This document shows positions 20,812 to 30,610 of a DNA stretch of 64,000 nt, piece after piece. This DNA is from an uncultured delta proteobacterium (GTDB lineage Bacteria > Desulfobacterota > Binatia > UBA9968): positions 64,001-128,000 of the forward strand of contig CAVSHR010000004.1 in assembly GCA_963727625.1 (NCBI GenBank), in the 5' to 3' direction. The position numbers were made by a program, and so were the translations under genes. The notes beneath the pieces were generated by a model. The model did no database searches. It saw nothing but the letters and a program-made list of their open reading frames with translations, and was not told the origin of the DNA. Numbering within the stretch: the stretch's first letter is position 1; every line of letters begins with the position of its first letter.

Positions 20812-21360
20812 TTAATTGTCCTTGTTGACCTTTTTGACTTCGTTCAGCAATTCTTCGGTCGGCAGCAAGTCCTTTTCACGGTTGCTTGGCCTAATATTCA
20901 GATAACGGACCACCCCCTGCTTGTCGATGATGACGTAGGAGCGTTTGGCGATACGCCGCTTTTCGTCGTAGACACCGAACCCCTGCATCACTTTACCATC
21001 ACGATCGCTGAGAAGAGGGTAGTTGACCTTGGCGAAATCGGCGAATGCTTTTTGGGAGAACGGCGCATTTGCGCTGATTCCGAGGACCTCGCTATTTTCG
21101 GCTTGAAACGACGCATAATTGTCCGAACCGGACGCTTGCAGATCCTTGATTCAAGTCGGGCTGAAATCGAGTACGTAAAAATTAATTAGAACATTCTTGC
21201 CTTTGAGGCTGCTCAGCTTAAGCTTGCCGCCCCGGCTACTCGCAAGATCAAAGTCAGGAGCCTTATCGCCGACTTGAAGCGCGAGGGACTGGCCGCCAAA
21301 TACAAGCATCAGTAAAATCACGCTCAGAAGCGTTGACAACGAATTTGTCGGAGTGGTCAT
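20812..21360 (-). CDS. Exported peroxiredoxin (BCP/AhpE-like) with in-frame TGA at the peroxidatic position (probable selenocysteine)
   Basis: SD AAGGAG; signal peptide, LQVGDKAPDF, FYVLDFSPT-TGA(21151-21153)-IKDLQ...EVLGISAN...NYPLLSD...KRSYVIIDKQGVVRY to TAA at 20812. Confidence 0.85.
21112..21150 (-). promoter_or_regulatory. Candidate bacterial SECIS of the peroxiredoxin
   Basis: 17 nt after UGA: GUCCG-GUU-CGGAC stem-loop with a G-led loop; possible lower UGCA/UGCG pairing. Confidence 0.6.
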
Positions 21361-21486
21361 CGTTATCTCCTTATTGGACGAGTTGGGCGCAGAAATATTT
21401 TAAAAAATGTTGAGCTTTTATCGCGTCAATTGTAGGAAGAGTCAATCCCCCGTTTGGAGCGGTATTTGCCTCCCCCAAATGGGGTA

Positions 21487-22146
21487 TTAATCGAGGCCTT
21501 CGCGAACCGCGAGAACCGCCGCTTCCGTGCGGTTCTTGACGTCGAGCTTGCGGAACAGGGATTTCAAATGCCCCTTGACCGTTTCCCGCGCGATACAGGC
21601 GATCTCGCTGATCTCTTCGTTGCTCAGTCCCTCGGTCATCAAGCGGAGAATTTTCAGTTCGAGCTGCGTTAAACCAAAGCGCTCCGCGAGGCGGGCAGCG
21701 GGCGCAGCCTTTGAATCGGCAGGCGGCGCCGCGTCTTGTTCCAAGGCGAGGTGGGCAAGGTAAGGGGAAGAGGGAAGTTTGCCGGCGTGAGTCTGGCGAA
21801 TGATGTTGATGAAATCGACGCGATCGGTGTCTTTCAAAATATACCCGAGCGCGCCGGCGCGGATTGCCGCGCTGATTTTTTCATCTTCGTGGTGCACCGA
21901 GAGCATCAATAACTTCGTGCGCGGCGAAACCGCGCGAATCAGTCTCGCGGCTTTGATGCCGTCCATGCGCGGCATATCGACATCCAAGAGCGCCAAGTCC
22001 GGTTGCGTTGTTTTGGCGAAAGCCACGGCTTCCTGTCCGTTGGCGGCATCGGCAACGACCTTGATGTTGGTACCGGTCTCGAGCAAGATCTTCAAGCTCT
22101 GGCGAAACAGCCGCTCGTCGTCGGCGATAAGAAGTTTAATCGGCAT
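21487..22146 (-). CDS. NarL/LuxR-family response regulator (no adjacent kinase)
   Basis: LIADD, LLDVDMPRMDG, GALGYILK receiver; C-terminal HTH GLSNEEI...TVKGHL...KLDVKNRTEA. Confidence 0.9.
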   Translation of the reverse strand: MPIKLLIADDERLFRQSLKILLETGTNIKVVADAANGQEAVAFAKTTQPDLALLDVDMPRMDGIKAARLIRAVSPRTKLLMLSVHHEDEKISAAIRAGALGYILKDTDRVDFINIIRQTHAGKLPSSPYLAHLALEQDAAPPADSKAAPAARLAERFGLTQLELKILRLMTEGLSNEEISEIACIARETVKGHLKSLFRKLDVKNRTEAAVLAVREGLD

Positions 22147-22236
22147 GAGACCGCGGCTTTCGGGCGCGCCCAAGCGCCCGCGGCGTTTGCCTTGGGCCAT
22201 TGGAAACCTAGGCGCACGTTACTTGATAATTCAAAA

Positions 22237-24663
22237 CTAAACCGGTTTAAGAAGCAAGTTCCACTCGCCCAGGCTTTGGTCTCGGCTCACCAGAAGCATC
22301 GAGAGTCTATCGCCGTTGAGCCAAAGCTTGGTTTGATCGGCGTAATGCGGTGACAAGGGATGGCCGGACTGTCCCGAGGGCAGGACGACTTCTGAGCCAC
22401 ACGGGTTGGAGAGATCGGCAATGAAGCGCAGCGAGGCGCCGACGGTTTGCATGTAAGGATTGGAGTGACGATAAAATCCCAAGTTGATCGACGTGCCGTC
22501 TCCCGCCGTCGGCAGCGGTCCGATTCCCAGCAAAGGTTTTAAGACCGGGATGCGACCCAGTGCATGGTTCATCTGCAGTCGATGAATTTTGCCCCAGTGC
22601 CAGTGTTTGATATCCGCGCCCAAAGCTTCCGATAATTCGGCGCAGGCTTCGCGCAAGGAAATCGCGACCAGTGCGGTCCGCGGGCGTTCGGCGAACCAGA
22701 TCGAATTCGGGTCTCCCAAGATCCGGTCCGTGGGCACGATGCACTGATTTAGAATTTCGACATAGGCCGTGTGGAGATCTTCACCCAACGTGGGACTTAA
22801 AAGATTGAACAGCAGCCGATGATGAAACACGTGAAAAATAGTCGCTTCGACGCTCGAGGCGGCGCAGCCGCCGTCCCATGACAGGAGCCGGTGGACGGCG
22901 TTTTTGAGAAGCTCGTCCGGGTCGGAAATTTGTGCCAAGTCGGCTTCGAGAGTCGCGACGAGCTCGCGCGCGTGCAAGGACAGATTGTCGAGTTGCAATG
23001 CCGCCATATCTGCGAGAGACAATTTTTCACGCTCGCTCAATAAATCTTGGATCCGGCGCGCTCGGTGCGGCGGTTCGAAGAAGTGCGAGAGGTAGAACGG
23101 GTAAGCCCCATCGGTGATGCGGTTATTGGCTGTGGCGATGAATCCCTGGGAAGGATTGTAAAGATGCGGCAGTTCGTCAAACGGAATGTAACCGCGCCAG
23201 TCGTTGTTTTCGTCCCAGCCCGGCAGTGGCAGCAACGTCGGGATCTCGGCGCGCCGAGGAATTCTCCCGGCAAGAGTGTACCCGATATTGCCGGCGCGAT
23301 CGGCATATACAAAATTCAACGTCGGCGTGCCGTGATGGCTGAGGCTTTGGCGAAACTCCTGCCAGTTACGCGCGCGGTTGAGCTGGTAAAGGGCCCCCAG
23401 TTCCTGTCCCGGTTCATGCGCCGTCCAGCGTAATGAAATGAGCTCGTTCATCCCATCGGTCTTGTTGAAATCGCTGATGACGGGACCATGGCGGGTGAAG
23501 CGGATGGTCGTTTCACGCGGCTGCGATCGGCGCACGCCGATCACTTCGCGCCGGCTCTCGAGTCTTTGCCAGCGCGCTCCGACGAGATAGAGTTCCGGCT
23601 CCAGCGGATGTAATTTTTCGCGGTAAAGCTCGACATCGTCGCACACCGCCGCGGTAATGCCCCAAGCGATCGAACGATTGCGGCCGAGTTGAACCAACGG
23701 ACAGCCCGGGATGGTTGCGCCCCAAACGTCGTAGCCCTCAGGTTCGGTCGAGGGGGCTTCAGCTTGCAAGTGCATCAGATACCAGACCGATGGCAGCGTC
23801 ATGCGCAGGTGGGGATCGTTGCACAGAACCGCTCCACCAGTAGTCGACCGGCTGGGCGATACGATCCAGCTGTTGCTGCCGGCTCCAGCTGGATGCCAAT
23901 CGCCGGCCGAGAGAAGTCCGCTCGCAAAATGCCAGACCGCGTTTAACTCATCCCACACCGCATGGGTAAGGGTCGGACCCGAATCGGGATAGGCTGGAAA
24001 CAGCGCGTGCAGTTTCTCAGGTTGGTCGCGTAGCATGGTGGCTACCGCGATGAAATTTAGCCGCGTATAGAGCGCGGTTGAAAGCAGAAACGCCAAGCCC
24101 TTGCCGATCGTCAGAGAATCTTCCGGTTGCCAGGACTCCGGGCGGTGGCGCAATAAACGAAACTCCCAAGGCAGCTTGTTGCCGCATTTTTCGATATAAC
24201 GGTTAACCCCGTCGCAGTAGGCGTCGAGGCGAAGCCGATCTTGATCGGAAACTGCGGCGAGAGAAGCGTTTGCGGCGCTGCGAATACCTAGGAGTCGGAT
24301 AAAATAATCCAAATCGGCGCTGGTGTGGCCGCGAAATTGCGCCGAAAGTTCTTTCCAGGGGAGCGCGAAGTCGCCGAATATTTCTGCCATGCGGCCGCTC
24401 AGAAAGCGCCGATTTGCTTCCATTTGCCAAAGTCGTTCCTGCGCGTGGAGAAATCCTTGGGCAAAAAACAGGTCGTGTTCATTGTCGGCGAACACGTGAG
24501 GAATCGCTTGTGGATTCCAGTGCACCGTCACGGCTTTTTTCAAACCGGGAAGGGATGTCTCACCGTGATATTGGGGCCGGGAGGGTTTGTCGAGCCAGCC
24601 AACGTACGGGCGAAGAAGCGCCGAAAAGACGGTTGAAATAAAACCGCTTCTCGGCAACTCCAT
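22237..24663 (-). CDS. Penicillin acylase-family Ntn hydrolase
   Basis: IPHVFA, AQGFLHAQERLWQM, GSNSW nucleophile, NDPHL, GQSGHPLSPHYADQ. Confidence 0.92.
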   Translation of the reverse strand: MELPRSGFISTVFSALLRPYVGWLDKPSRPQYHGETSLPGLKKAVTVHWNPQAIPHVFADNEHDLFFAQGFLHAQERLWQMEANRRFLSGRMAEIFGDFALPWKELSAQFRGHTSADLDYFIRLLGIRSAANASLAAVSDQDRLRLDAYCDGVNRYIEKCGNKLPWEFRLLRHRPESWQPEDSLTIGKGLAFLLSTALYTRLNFIAVATMLRDQPEKLHALFPAYPDSGPTLTHAVWDELNAVWHFASGLLSAGDWHPAGAGSNSWIVSPSRSTTGGAVLCNDPHLRMTLPSVWYLMHLQAEAPSTEPEGYDVWGATIPGCPLVQLGRNRSIAWGITAAVCDDVELYREKLHPLEPELYLVGARWQRLESRREVIGVRRSQPRETTIRFTRHGPVISDFNKTDGMNELISLRWTAHEPGQELGALYQLNRARNWQEFRQSLSHHGTPTLNFVYADRAGNIGYTLAGRIPRRAEIPTLLPLPGWDENNDWRGYIPFDELPHLYNPSQGFIATANNRITDGAYPFYLSHFFEPPHRARRIQDLLSEREKLSLADMAALQLDNLSLHARELVATLEADLAQISDPDELLKNAVHRLLSWDGGCAASSVEATIFHVFHHRLLFNLLSPTLGEDLHTAYVEILNQCIVPTDRILGDPNSIWFAERPRTALVAISLREACAELSEALGADIKHWHWGKIHRLQMNHALGRIPVLKPLLGIGPLPTAGDGTSINLGFYRHSNPYMQTVGASLRFIADLSNPCGSEVVLPSGQSGHPLSPHYADQTKLWLNGDRLSMLLVSRDQSLGEWNLLLKPV

Positions 24664-24699
24664 CGACGCTAGCCAAGGAAAGGATGAGAGATCATAACG

Positions 24700-25302
24700 T
24701 TAGAGAATCGCCTTGACCGAAGGACGCGCTTTGATTCTCTCCAAATACTTTCCCAGTCGAGGCAGCGACGGGTCGGGCAACACACCAAAGCCTTCCAAAC
24801 GGGTAAAGCGCGGCAGCAAATCGGCGTCGACCAGCGAAAAATCACCCATGAGATACTGTTGATCGCCGATTTCGTTTTCAAAGCGATTGAGTAATCGCTT
24901 TAAGTCGCCTTTGGCGCCGTCGATCACCTGCTGATTCTGGTCCTTTTGCTCCTTCATGAGCTCCATGCGGAGTTTTTGATACGGGCCGTCAAAGTGCGCC
25001 ATGCCGTAGTCGACAAGGATTCGCGCCTTGGCTTTTTTGCCGGGGTCCTTCGGCATGAGCGGAGGATTGGGGTATTGTTCTTCCAGATATTCGTTGATGA
25101 TGCAGGATTCGTAGAGCACAGTGGCGTCGTCGGTCAGCACCGGAACTTTTCCGTACGGGTTGAGTTTTAGGTAATCCGGGGTTTTTTGTTCCTTAGCGCG
25201 CAAATCGATGGGGACGATATCGTAGGGAAGGTTCTTTTCCGCCAGGACGATTTTGACGCGCTGGCAGTTGGGGGAAGATTTAAAATCGTAGAGTTTAATC
25301 AC
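24700..25302 (-). CDS. Glutathione S-transferase (Ser-type paralog)
   Basis: KLYDFKSSPNCQRV, LNPYGKVPVL, YESCIINEYLEE; GTG start. Confidence 0.9.
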   Translation of the reverse strand: MIKLYDFKSSPNCQRVKIVLAEKNLPYDIVPIDLRAKEQKTPDYLKLNPYGKVPVLTDDATVLYESCIINEYLEEQYPNPPLMPKDPGKKAKARILVDYGMAHFDGPYQKLRMELMKEQKDQNQQVIDGAKGDLKRLLNRFENEIGDQQYLMGDFSLVDADLLPRFTRLEGFGVLPDPSLPRLGKYLERIKARPSVKAIL

Positions 25303-25452
25303 GAGGGTGCTCCTTTCCGCCTGATGAATTTTCTTGATGCACTTATACTAACATTTCGCTGAAAGGAAAAGCGCGCCAGTCGGGACAAACCTTCTTGATC
25401 TGCTAGTGCTTTGATGTTAAGCGGATAGCGACTGACTGAAGAGGATCGGCTC

Positions 25453-25974
25453 TTGAACCCCACTGAAGCGGCACAATCCATCGCCAAAGGGCTTCGCGAC
25501 GCTGGAATCAATCTGGTTGCGACCTTGCCCGACGTCAATCTGTCGGAATTGTTGAGCGAGGTGGAAGAAGCGCGGGATTTCATCCACGTGCCGCTTTGCC
25601 GCGAAGAAGAGGGCATCGGTGTTTGCGCCGGCGCCTACCTGGTGGGGAAAAAATGCGCGATCATCATGCAGAACGGCGGTTTTTTTAACAGCAACAACGC
25701 CATCGTGAGCACCTTGCTGCAATACCAGATTCCCCTGCTGCTGTTGATTTACTATGCCGGTGATGTCGGCGATCGCACCTTCAGCACGACCGGAAGCATG
25801 ACCGAGCCGGTGCTCCGGGCTCTTGGCATTCGCTATTACATCATGCGTCATAACGGGGATATTCCGGAGCTGATTCGGCGCGCGCAAATTTTAACTGAAG
25901 ATTCCAAGCGGCCGGTCGCGCTGTTGTTGACTAAAGAGGTGCTTGGCCGGCGCGCTGAACTCAATATTCCGTGA
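25453..25974 (+). CDS. Sulfopyruvate/phosphonopyruvate decarboxylase alpha subunit (ComD-like)
   Basis: CREEEGIGVCAGAYL, MQNGGFFNS. Confidence 0.82.
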   Translation: MNPTEAAQSIAKGLRDAGINLVATLPDVNLSELLSEVEEARDFIHVPLCREEEGIGVCAGAYLVGKKCAIIMQNGGFFNSNNAIVSTLLQYQIPLLLLIYYAGDVGDRTFSTTGSMTEPVLRALGIRYYIMRHNGDIPELIRRAQILTEDSKRPVALLLTKEVLGRRAELNIP

Positions 25975-26020
25975 CATTCAGTGGCCCGACCGATTGGGGT
26001 CGCGGGGGCGAAACGGCAAG

Positions 26021-26629
26021 ATGTTGCAAAGATTCGAATGCTTGAAAAAATTAGCCGCGGTGGCCGGGGACGCCCTGGTCGTGAGTTCCGCTGGCGCGAC
26101 GACGCTGGAATGGAACGCGCTGCGGCCTGGCGACGGCAATCTTCGCGTGCGCACGCTTGGACTCTGTTCCTCTATTGCGTTGGGCATGGCGCTCGGTTTG
26201 CCCCACCGTAAGATCATCGCTTTGGACGGCGACGGCTCTTTGTTGATGAATCTGTCGTCTTTGCCGACGATTGCGCGCATGAAGCCGAATAATTTGCTTC
26301 ACATCGTTTTCGACAATGAAGTCTACGAAGCATCGGCGAGCAAGAAGACCGCGACAGGCGCGGGGACGGACCTGGTCGGAATTGCGCGCGCGGCGGGAAT
26401 AAAAAATGCACAATGGGCCGAGACCGTGGACGGGTTCGCACGGGAGGCGCTGCAGTTCGTTAACGGCGTCGGTTTGTGTTTTGTCGGCGCCAAGGTGAGC
26501 ACCGAGCGCGCGGCGGTGGCGCCTTACCCGATCGACGAAGTAGAAAACAAGTATCGCTTTATCCGCTACGTGGAAAATAGCGAGAAGATTGAAATTTTAA
26601 AAACCAATTTGCCGGCCAGCTACGTTTGA
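26021..26629 (+). CDS. ThDP-binding decarboxylase beta subunit (ComE-like)
   Basis: ALGMALG, DGDGSLLMN ThDP motif, FDNEVY. Confidence 0.82.
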   Translation: MLQRFECLKKLAAVAGDALVVSSAGATTLEWNALRPGDGNLRVRTLGLCSSIALGMALGLPHRKIIALDGDGSLLMNLSSLPTIARMKPNNLLHIVFDNEVYEASASKKTATGAGTDLVGIARAAGIKNAQWAETVDGFAREALQFVNGVGLCFVGAKVSTERAAVAPYPIDEVENKYRFIRYVENSEKIEILKTNLPASYV

Positions 26630-26659
26630 GATTCGCCGTCGGCAAGCCCGTTAAGCATC

Positions 26660-27676
26660 ATGAAAATCGATATCGAGTTCAACTCCGGCGCGCAGCTCCC
26701 CTTGGATGCCGTCCCCGGGTTGGCGCAATTGGCTGAATCCCACGGCTTCGACTGCGCTTGGGGAGGCGAAGCGAACAATAAAGACCCCACGGTCATGTTG
26801 TCGGCCATTGCCGCTGTAACCACCAGACTAAAGGTTGGTTCGGCGGTGTACCACATTCTCGGCCGGACGCCGGCGACGCTGGCGCTCCAGGCAGTGGGCC
26901 TGGATGAGCTTTCCTCGGGCCGTTTCCTGCTCGGTGTCGGCTCGTCAAATCCGACGATTGCCAAGTGGCATGGGCAAACCATGGATCATCCGCTAGGCCG
27001 TGTCCAAGAATATCTCGACATCGTGCGTGCGGCCTTGCGGTGCGAGAAACTGAATTTCGCAGGCAAGTATTTTTCGGCGCAGAATTTCAAGCTTGCTTTT
27101 AAGCCCTCCGGCCGGGTGATTCCGATCTATCTCGCGGCGTTCGGACCGAAGATGACGCGTTTGGCCGGCCGCATTTCGGACGGAGTATTGATCAACATGG
27201 CCAACCCCGTCGAGATTCGCCGGATCGCCTCTGAGGTCAGGGCAGGCGCCCAAGAGGCCGGCAAAGATCCTGCGGCGATGGAGATTATCTGTAAGATTCG
27301 CTGTTCAATCGCTCATAATTACAGCGTGGCGCGCGACGCGCTAAGCCATGCGCTTGCCTACTATGCGTTGGCCGATTATTACCGCGAGCTTTTGGGGCGC
27401 ATGGGTTTCGCCGCGGAAGTCGAAGCGATGCGTGCGGCTTGGAAGAATGAAGGATTTCACGCTGCCCGGCGTTTGATCACCGACCGGATGTTCAGTTCCT
27501 TGCCTCTGGTGGCCGCAACTACGGCAGTGGAAGTCGTCGAACAAATCCGGCCGTACGCAGAAGCGGGTGCGACTCGGATTATCCTGCCCTACGTCGGAGC
27601 GTCGGACGATATGGTCGGCGAAATGAAAAGCTTCATCGAATATTGGAACCCGGCAGTGACCAGCGCTATCGGTTGA
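26660..27676 (+). CDS. LLM-class flavin/F420-dependent oxidoreductase
   Basis: AESHGFDCAW, TTRLKVGSAV, LDELSSGRFLLGVG, IYLAAFGPKM. Confidence 0.88.
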   Translation: MKIDIEFNSGAQLPLDAVPGLAQLAESHGFDCAWGGEANNKDPTVMLSAIAAVTTRLKVGSAVYHILGRTPATLALQAVGLDELSSGRFLLGVGSSNPTIAKWHGQTMDHPLGRVQEYLDIVRAALRCEKLNFAGKYFSAQNFKLAFKPSGRVIPIYLAAFGPKMTRLAGRISDGVLINMANPVEIRRIASEVRAGAQEAGKDPAAMEIICKIRCSIAHNYSVARDALSHALAYYALADYYRELLGRMGFAAEVEAMRAAWKNEGFHAARRLITDRMFSSLPLVAATTAVEVVEQIRPYAEAGATRIILPYVGASDDMVGEMKSFIEYWNPAVTSAIG

Positions 27677-27692
27677 TTAAGGAGAGACGTAA

Positions 27693-28094
27693 ATGCCCTT
27701 CGAACTCGTTGATCCCGCAGGGCTGGAATCGCCGGTGGGGTATGCTCATGTCGCCAAGATTACTGGCGGCACAGTAATCCATGTTGCCGGGCAAGCTCCC
27801 TTCAATGAAAAAGGCGAGGTTGTCGGCAGGGGGGATTTCATCGCTCAATTTACTCAGGTCATGGGCAATCTCAAGAAGGCCATTGAAGCGGTTGGTGGGC
27901 GAACCGACCAGTATGCGGTGTTAACAATTTATATCACGAATTTAGAGGCTTACTGGAATAACAAAAAGTCGCTGGGTAGGGCGTATCGGTCGGTCTTTGG
28001 TAAGTATTTTCCGGCGATCACCCTGGTCGAGGTAAAACGGCTTTACGACCCAGACTGCATGATCGAGATTTCCGGCGTGGCCGTCATGGATTAG
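27693..28094 (+). CDS. RidA/YjgF-family protein
   Basis: YAHVA, VAGQ, FPAITLVEV, IEISGVA. Confidence 0.87.
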   Translation: MPFELVDPAGLESPVGYAHVAKITGGTVIHVAGQAPFNEKGEVVGRGDFIAQFTQVMGNLKKAIEAVGGRTDQYAVLTIYITNLEAYWNNKKSLGRAYRSVFGKYFPAITLVEVKRLYDPDCMIEISGVAVMD

Positions 28095-28236
28095 CAGCGA
28101 CGCGGATGGCTTTGTAGGAGTTTTCCTTCTTCTGGCACCATAATTTGCGTCGAAATCGACAATATCTGCTCAATTTACTGACAGCTTTTTGCAAGGCCAG
28201 CATCCGAATTCTCGATAATTCAAGAGGTTAAATTCA

Positions 28237-28252
28237 TGGCACGTGTGTTGCA
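28237..28252 (+). promoter_or_regulatory. Sigma54 (-24/-12) promoter
   Basis: TGGCACG-TGTG-TTGCA matches the consensus exactly; IHF-like ATTCAAGAGGTTA just upstream. Confidence 0.7.
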
Positions 28253-28304
28253 TTTCCTAAGGAGTATCACATTAGAGGACAGTTGACGTAAGCGGATAAA
28301 TAAG

Positions 28305-28505
28305 ATGAACACACTACCAGCTCTAGATAGAAACCGGGATCAGGACCTCTTTGAAAGCGTGACAGAGGAAGAGATCATTCATTTGTGGCGTTCAATCAAG
28401 GGGCGGGGGCTATCCGAAGACGAAGCATGGCAGGCCGTCGTAACCGGTATCGCCCTCGATATGGCGTTCTCTAAAAGCAAAAACTGCATTCACATAGAGC
28501 ACTAA
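28305..28505 (+). CDS. Hypothetical protein (66 aa) downstream of the sigma54 promoter
   Basis: ATG about 50 nt after the -12 box; sole ORF in the gap. Confidence 0.55.
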   Translation: MNTLPALDRNRDQDLFESVTEEEIIHLWRSIKGRGLSEDEAWQAVVTGIALDMAFSKSKNCIHIEH

Positions 28506-28691
28506 AAATCATTTCTACGTGAGTCTGAGACCCGTTTGCCCAGGTTTGTGCGGCGACCGGTTGTTCTTCCCACCCAATATCCGAGGGACAGGCCGGCTCT
28601 AGGGGGAGCTTGCCTTAGCTGTGGTTCGCGTTGACTCCCTTTGAAAAATTTGGTTGAATCTTTAAGTACTTACTTCTTTTGGGGGCCAGTT

Positions 28692-28880
28692 ATGTCACGC
28701 ATCACGGTAGAAGATTGTCTGGAAAAAGTCAGCAATCGCTTCGAGCTGGTTATGCTCGCTTCGAAGCGAGCTAGACGGCTATTCGGAGGGGCGAAGCCCT
28801 TGATCGAATCCGACAACCGTGAGGTCGTGGTAGCGTTGCGGGAAATCGCGGATGGGAAAGTGAGAAAGGCTGCCAATTAG
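28692..28880 (+). CDS. rpoZ: RNA polymerase omega subunit
   Basis: [28 protein letters not shown]...VALREIADG. Confidence 0.96.
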   Translation: MSRITVEDCLEKVSNRFELVMLASKRARRLFGGAKPLIESDNREVVVALREIADGKVRKAAN

Positions 28881-29024
28881 GCTCGACGACCGCCGCGTGC
28901 CGGCACGCGCTTACGATCCCTCTTAGCTCAATTAGTTCGATACCTGTTCGCGTTCGCAATTCTTGAACGCTCGAATAACTTTTTTTAATCGCACTCTTTG
29001 GTGGTGAGGGTGACGAATTCGCTC

Positions 29025-29984
29025 ATGACCGAAGACGAAAAGAACAACGAGCTAAACTTCGCAGTCGCCGAAATCGCTCTCCCAAAAGTTGCCGAAGCGG
29101 AGGACGGCGATGAAAATTCGCGGGACAAAGCGCTTGTCCCGTTTGACCCGGTCCAGCGCTACCTAGCTGAGATTCGCCGTTTCCCGTTGCTTAACCGGGA
29201 GGACGAGCACAAACTCGCCGTCAAATATAAAGAGTACAGCGACATCGAAGCAGCTTACAAATTGGTGGCGTCGAATCTTCGGCTCGTCGTCATGATCGCA
29301 CGCGAGTATCAAAGGGCCTTCAAGAACCTTTTGGACCTGATTCAGGAAGGCAACATGGGGTTGATGGAGGCCGTGAAAAATTTCGACCCCTATCGCGGCG
29401 TTCGCTTTCCGTCCTACGCGGTCTGGTGGATTCGCGCCTACATGATTCGCTACATCATGAACGACTGGCGCATGGTGAAGATCGGCACCACCCAGGCGCA
29501 GCGAAAACTGTTTTTCAATCTCCAGAAAGAAAAGGAAAAAATCGAAGCCGAGGGAATGACGCCAGGGCCCAAGCTGCTTGCCCAAAGATTGAACGTTAAA
29601 GAAGACGAAGTCGTCGAGATGGAGCAACGGCTATCGAGCCGGGATTTGTCGGTCGACGTGCCTCTGGGCGATGACGATGAGGCGACACTGCTCAATTTTT
29701 TGCAGGACAATAAGCAAACGCCGGAAGAGCAGATCGCCGAAGCCCAATATCGCGAGTTATTGCAAGAAAAAATGGAGCAATTCGCCAAAGGGTTGAAGGA
29801 CAAAGAGCTGGTCATTTACCGCGAGCGGCTTTTGAACGAGGAGCCGCTCACGCTCCGAGAGATCGGCGAAAAATACGGCATCAGCCGCGAGCGAGTGCGC
29901 CAGATCGAGGAGCGGGTAAAGAAGAAACTCAAGACCTTTCTTAAAGACTTCAAGGACCTAACCAACGCCTCCGGACCGGATTAG
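29025..29984 (+). CDS. rpoH: Sigma-32 family factor
   Basis: DLIQEGNMGLMEAV, YAVWWIRA, RpoH box KIGTTQAQRKLFFNL, SRERVRQIE. Confidence 0.9.
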   Translation: MTEDEKNNELNFAVAEIALPKVAEAEDGDENSRDKALVPFDPVQRYLAEIRRFPLLNREDEHKLAVKYKEYSDIEAAYKLVASNLRLVVMIAREYQRAFKNLLDLIQEGNMGLMEAVKNFDPYRGVRFPSYAVWWIRAYMIRYIMNDWRMVKIGTTQAQRKLFFNLQKEKEKIEAEGMTPGPKLLAQRLNVKEDEVVEMEQRLSSRDLSVDVPLGDDDEATLLNFLQDNKQTPEEQIAEAQYRELLQEKMEQFAKGLKDKELVIYRERLLNEEPLTLREIGEKYGISRERVRQIEERVKKKLKTFLKDFKDLTNASGPD

Positions 29985-30142
29985 TCGCCGCTGTGGCACC
30001 GTCAGCGGTGCGGCCTCATCGTTCGACAACCAGGATTCGTCGTCGCGCCAAATTGCGATAGGCTCGGGATTATAATGCATGCGCGAGCGTGCGCTTTGGT
30101 TGCGCGCTTAACCGAGTTCTGATACCAAAACAAAAGAATTGA

Positions 30143-30610
30143 TTGGGAGGAAGTTCTTTGCAATTTCAAAAAGAAGTGGAAATCCTCGCGCCCCGTGAAA
30201 AGGTTTGGAATTTTATCTGGGACGTGGATCGTTTCATCGCGTGCGTGCCAGGATGTAAAGAAGCGAAGACCCTCGAAGAGGGCAAAAAATATTCAGCGAC
30301 GATGGTAGAAAAAGTGGGTCCCTTCAAGGTGGAATTTCCCACCAACATCGAAGTCCTCGAACGTCAGGAGCTGACCCATATCAAAGCGCAAGCCTCGGGC
30401 GCCGACAATAAAGTCGGCAGCCGCATGAAAATCGACCTCGATGTCAATTTACGCGAGCAAGATAACAGTACCATCCTCGGGTTCGTCGCTACGGTTGACA
30501 TCCTCGGTAAACTCGCGGCGTTGGGGCATGGCATTATCAAGCGCAAAGCGGATCAAGTGCTTGATGAGTTTGCCTTAGCGGTCAAGAAGCGCTTGGAAGG
30601 AGATTCTTAA
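30143..30610 (+). CDS. CoxG/SRPBCC-family protein
   Basis: APREKVWNF...ACVPG, KVGPFK, GKLAALG; upstream of coxM/coxS-like genes; start uncertain. Confidence 0.82.
   Translation: MGGSSLQFQKEVEILAPREKVWNFIWDVDRFIACVPGCKEAKTLEEGKKYSATMVEKVGPFKVEFPTNIEVLERQELTHIKAQASGADNKVGSRMKIDLDVNLREQDNSTILGFVATVDILGKLAALGHGIIKRKADQVLDEFALAVKKRLEGDS

Noticed and set aside
20797-21189. 130-aa plus-strand ORF
   Set aside because: Antisense to the C-terminal part of the peroxiredoxin.
21487-24663. Quorum-sensing LuxR plus AHL acylase pair
   Set aside because: The regulator has a phospho-receiver domain, not an autoinducer-binding domain, and the acylase substrate cannot be inferred.
28133-28149. Second TGGCAC...TTGC sigma54-like site
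   Set aside because: GG-to-GC spacing is 13 instead of the strict 12.
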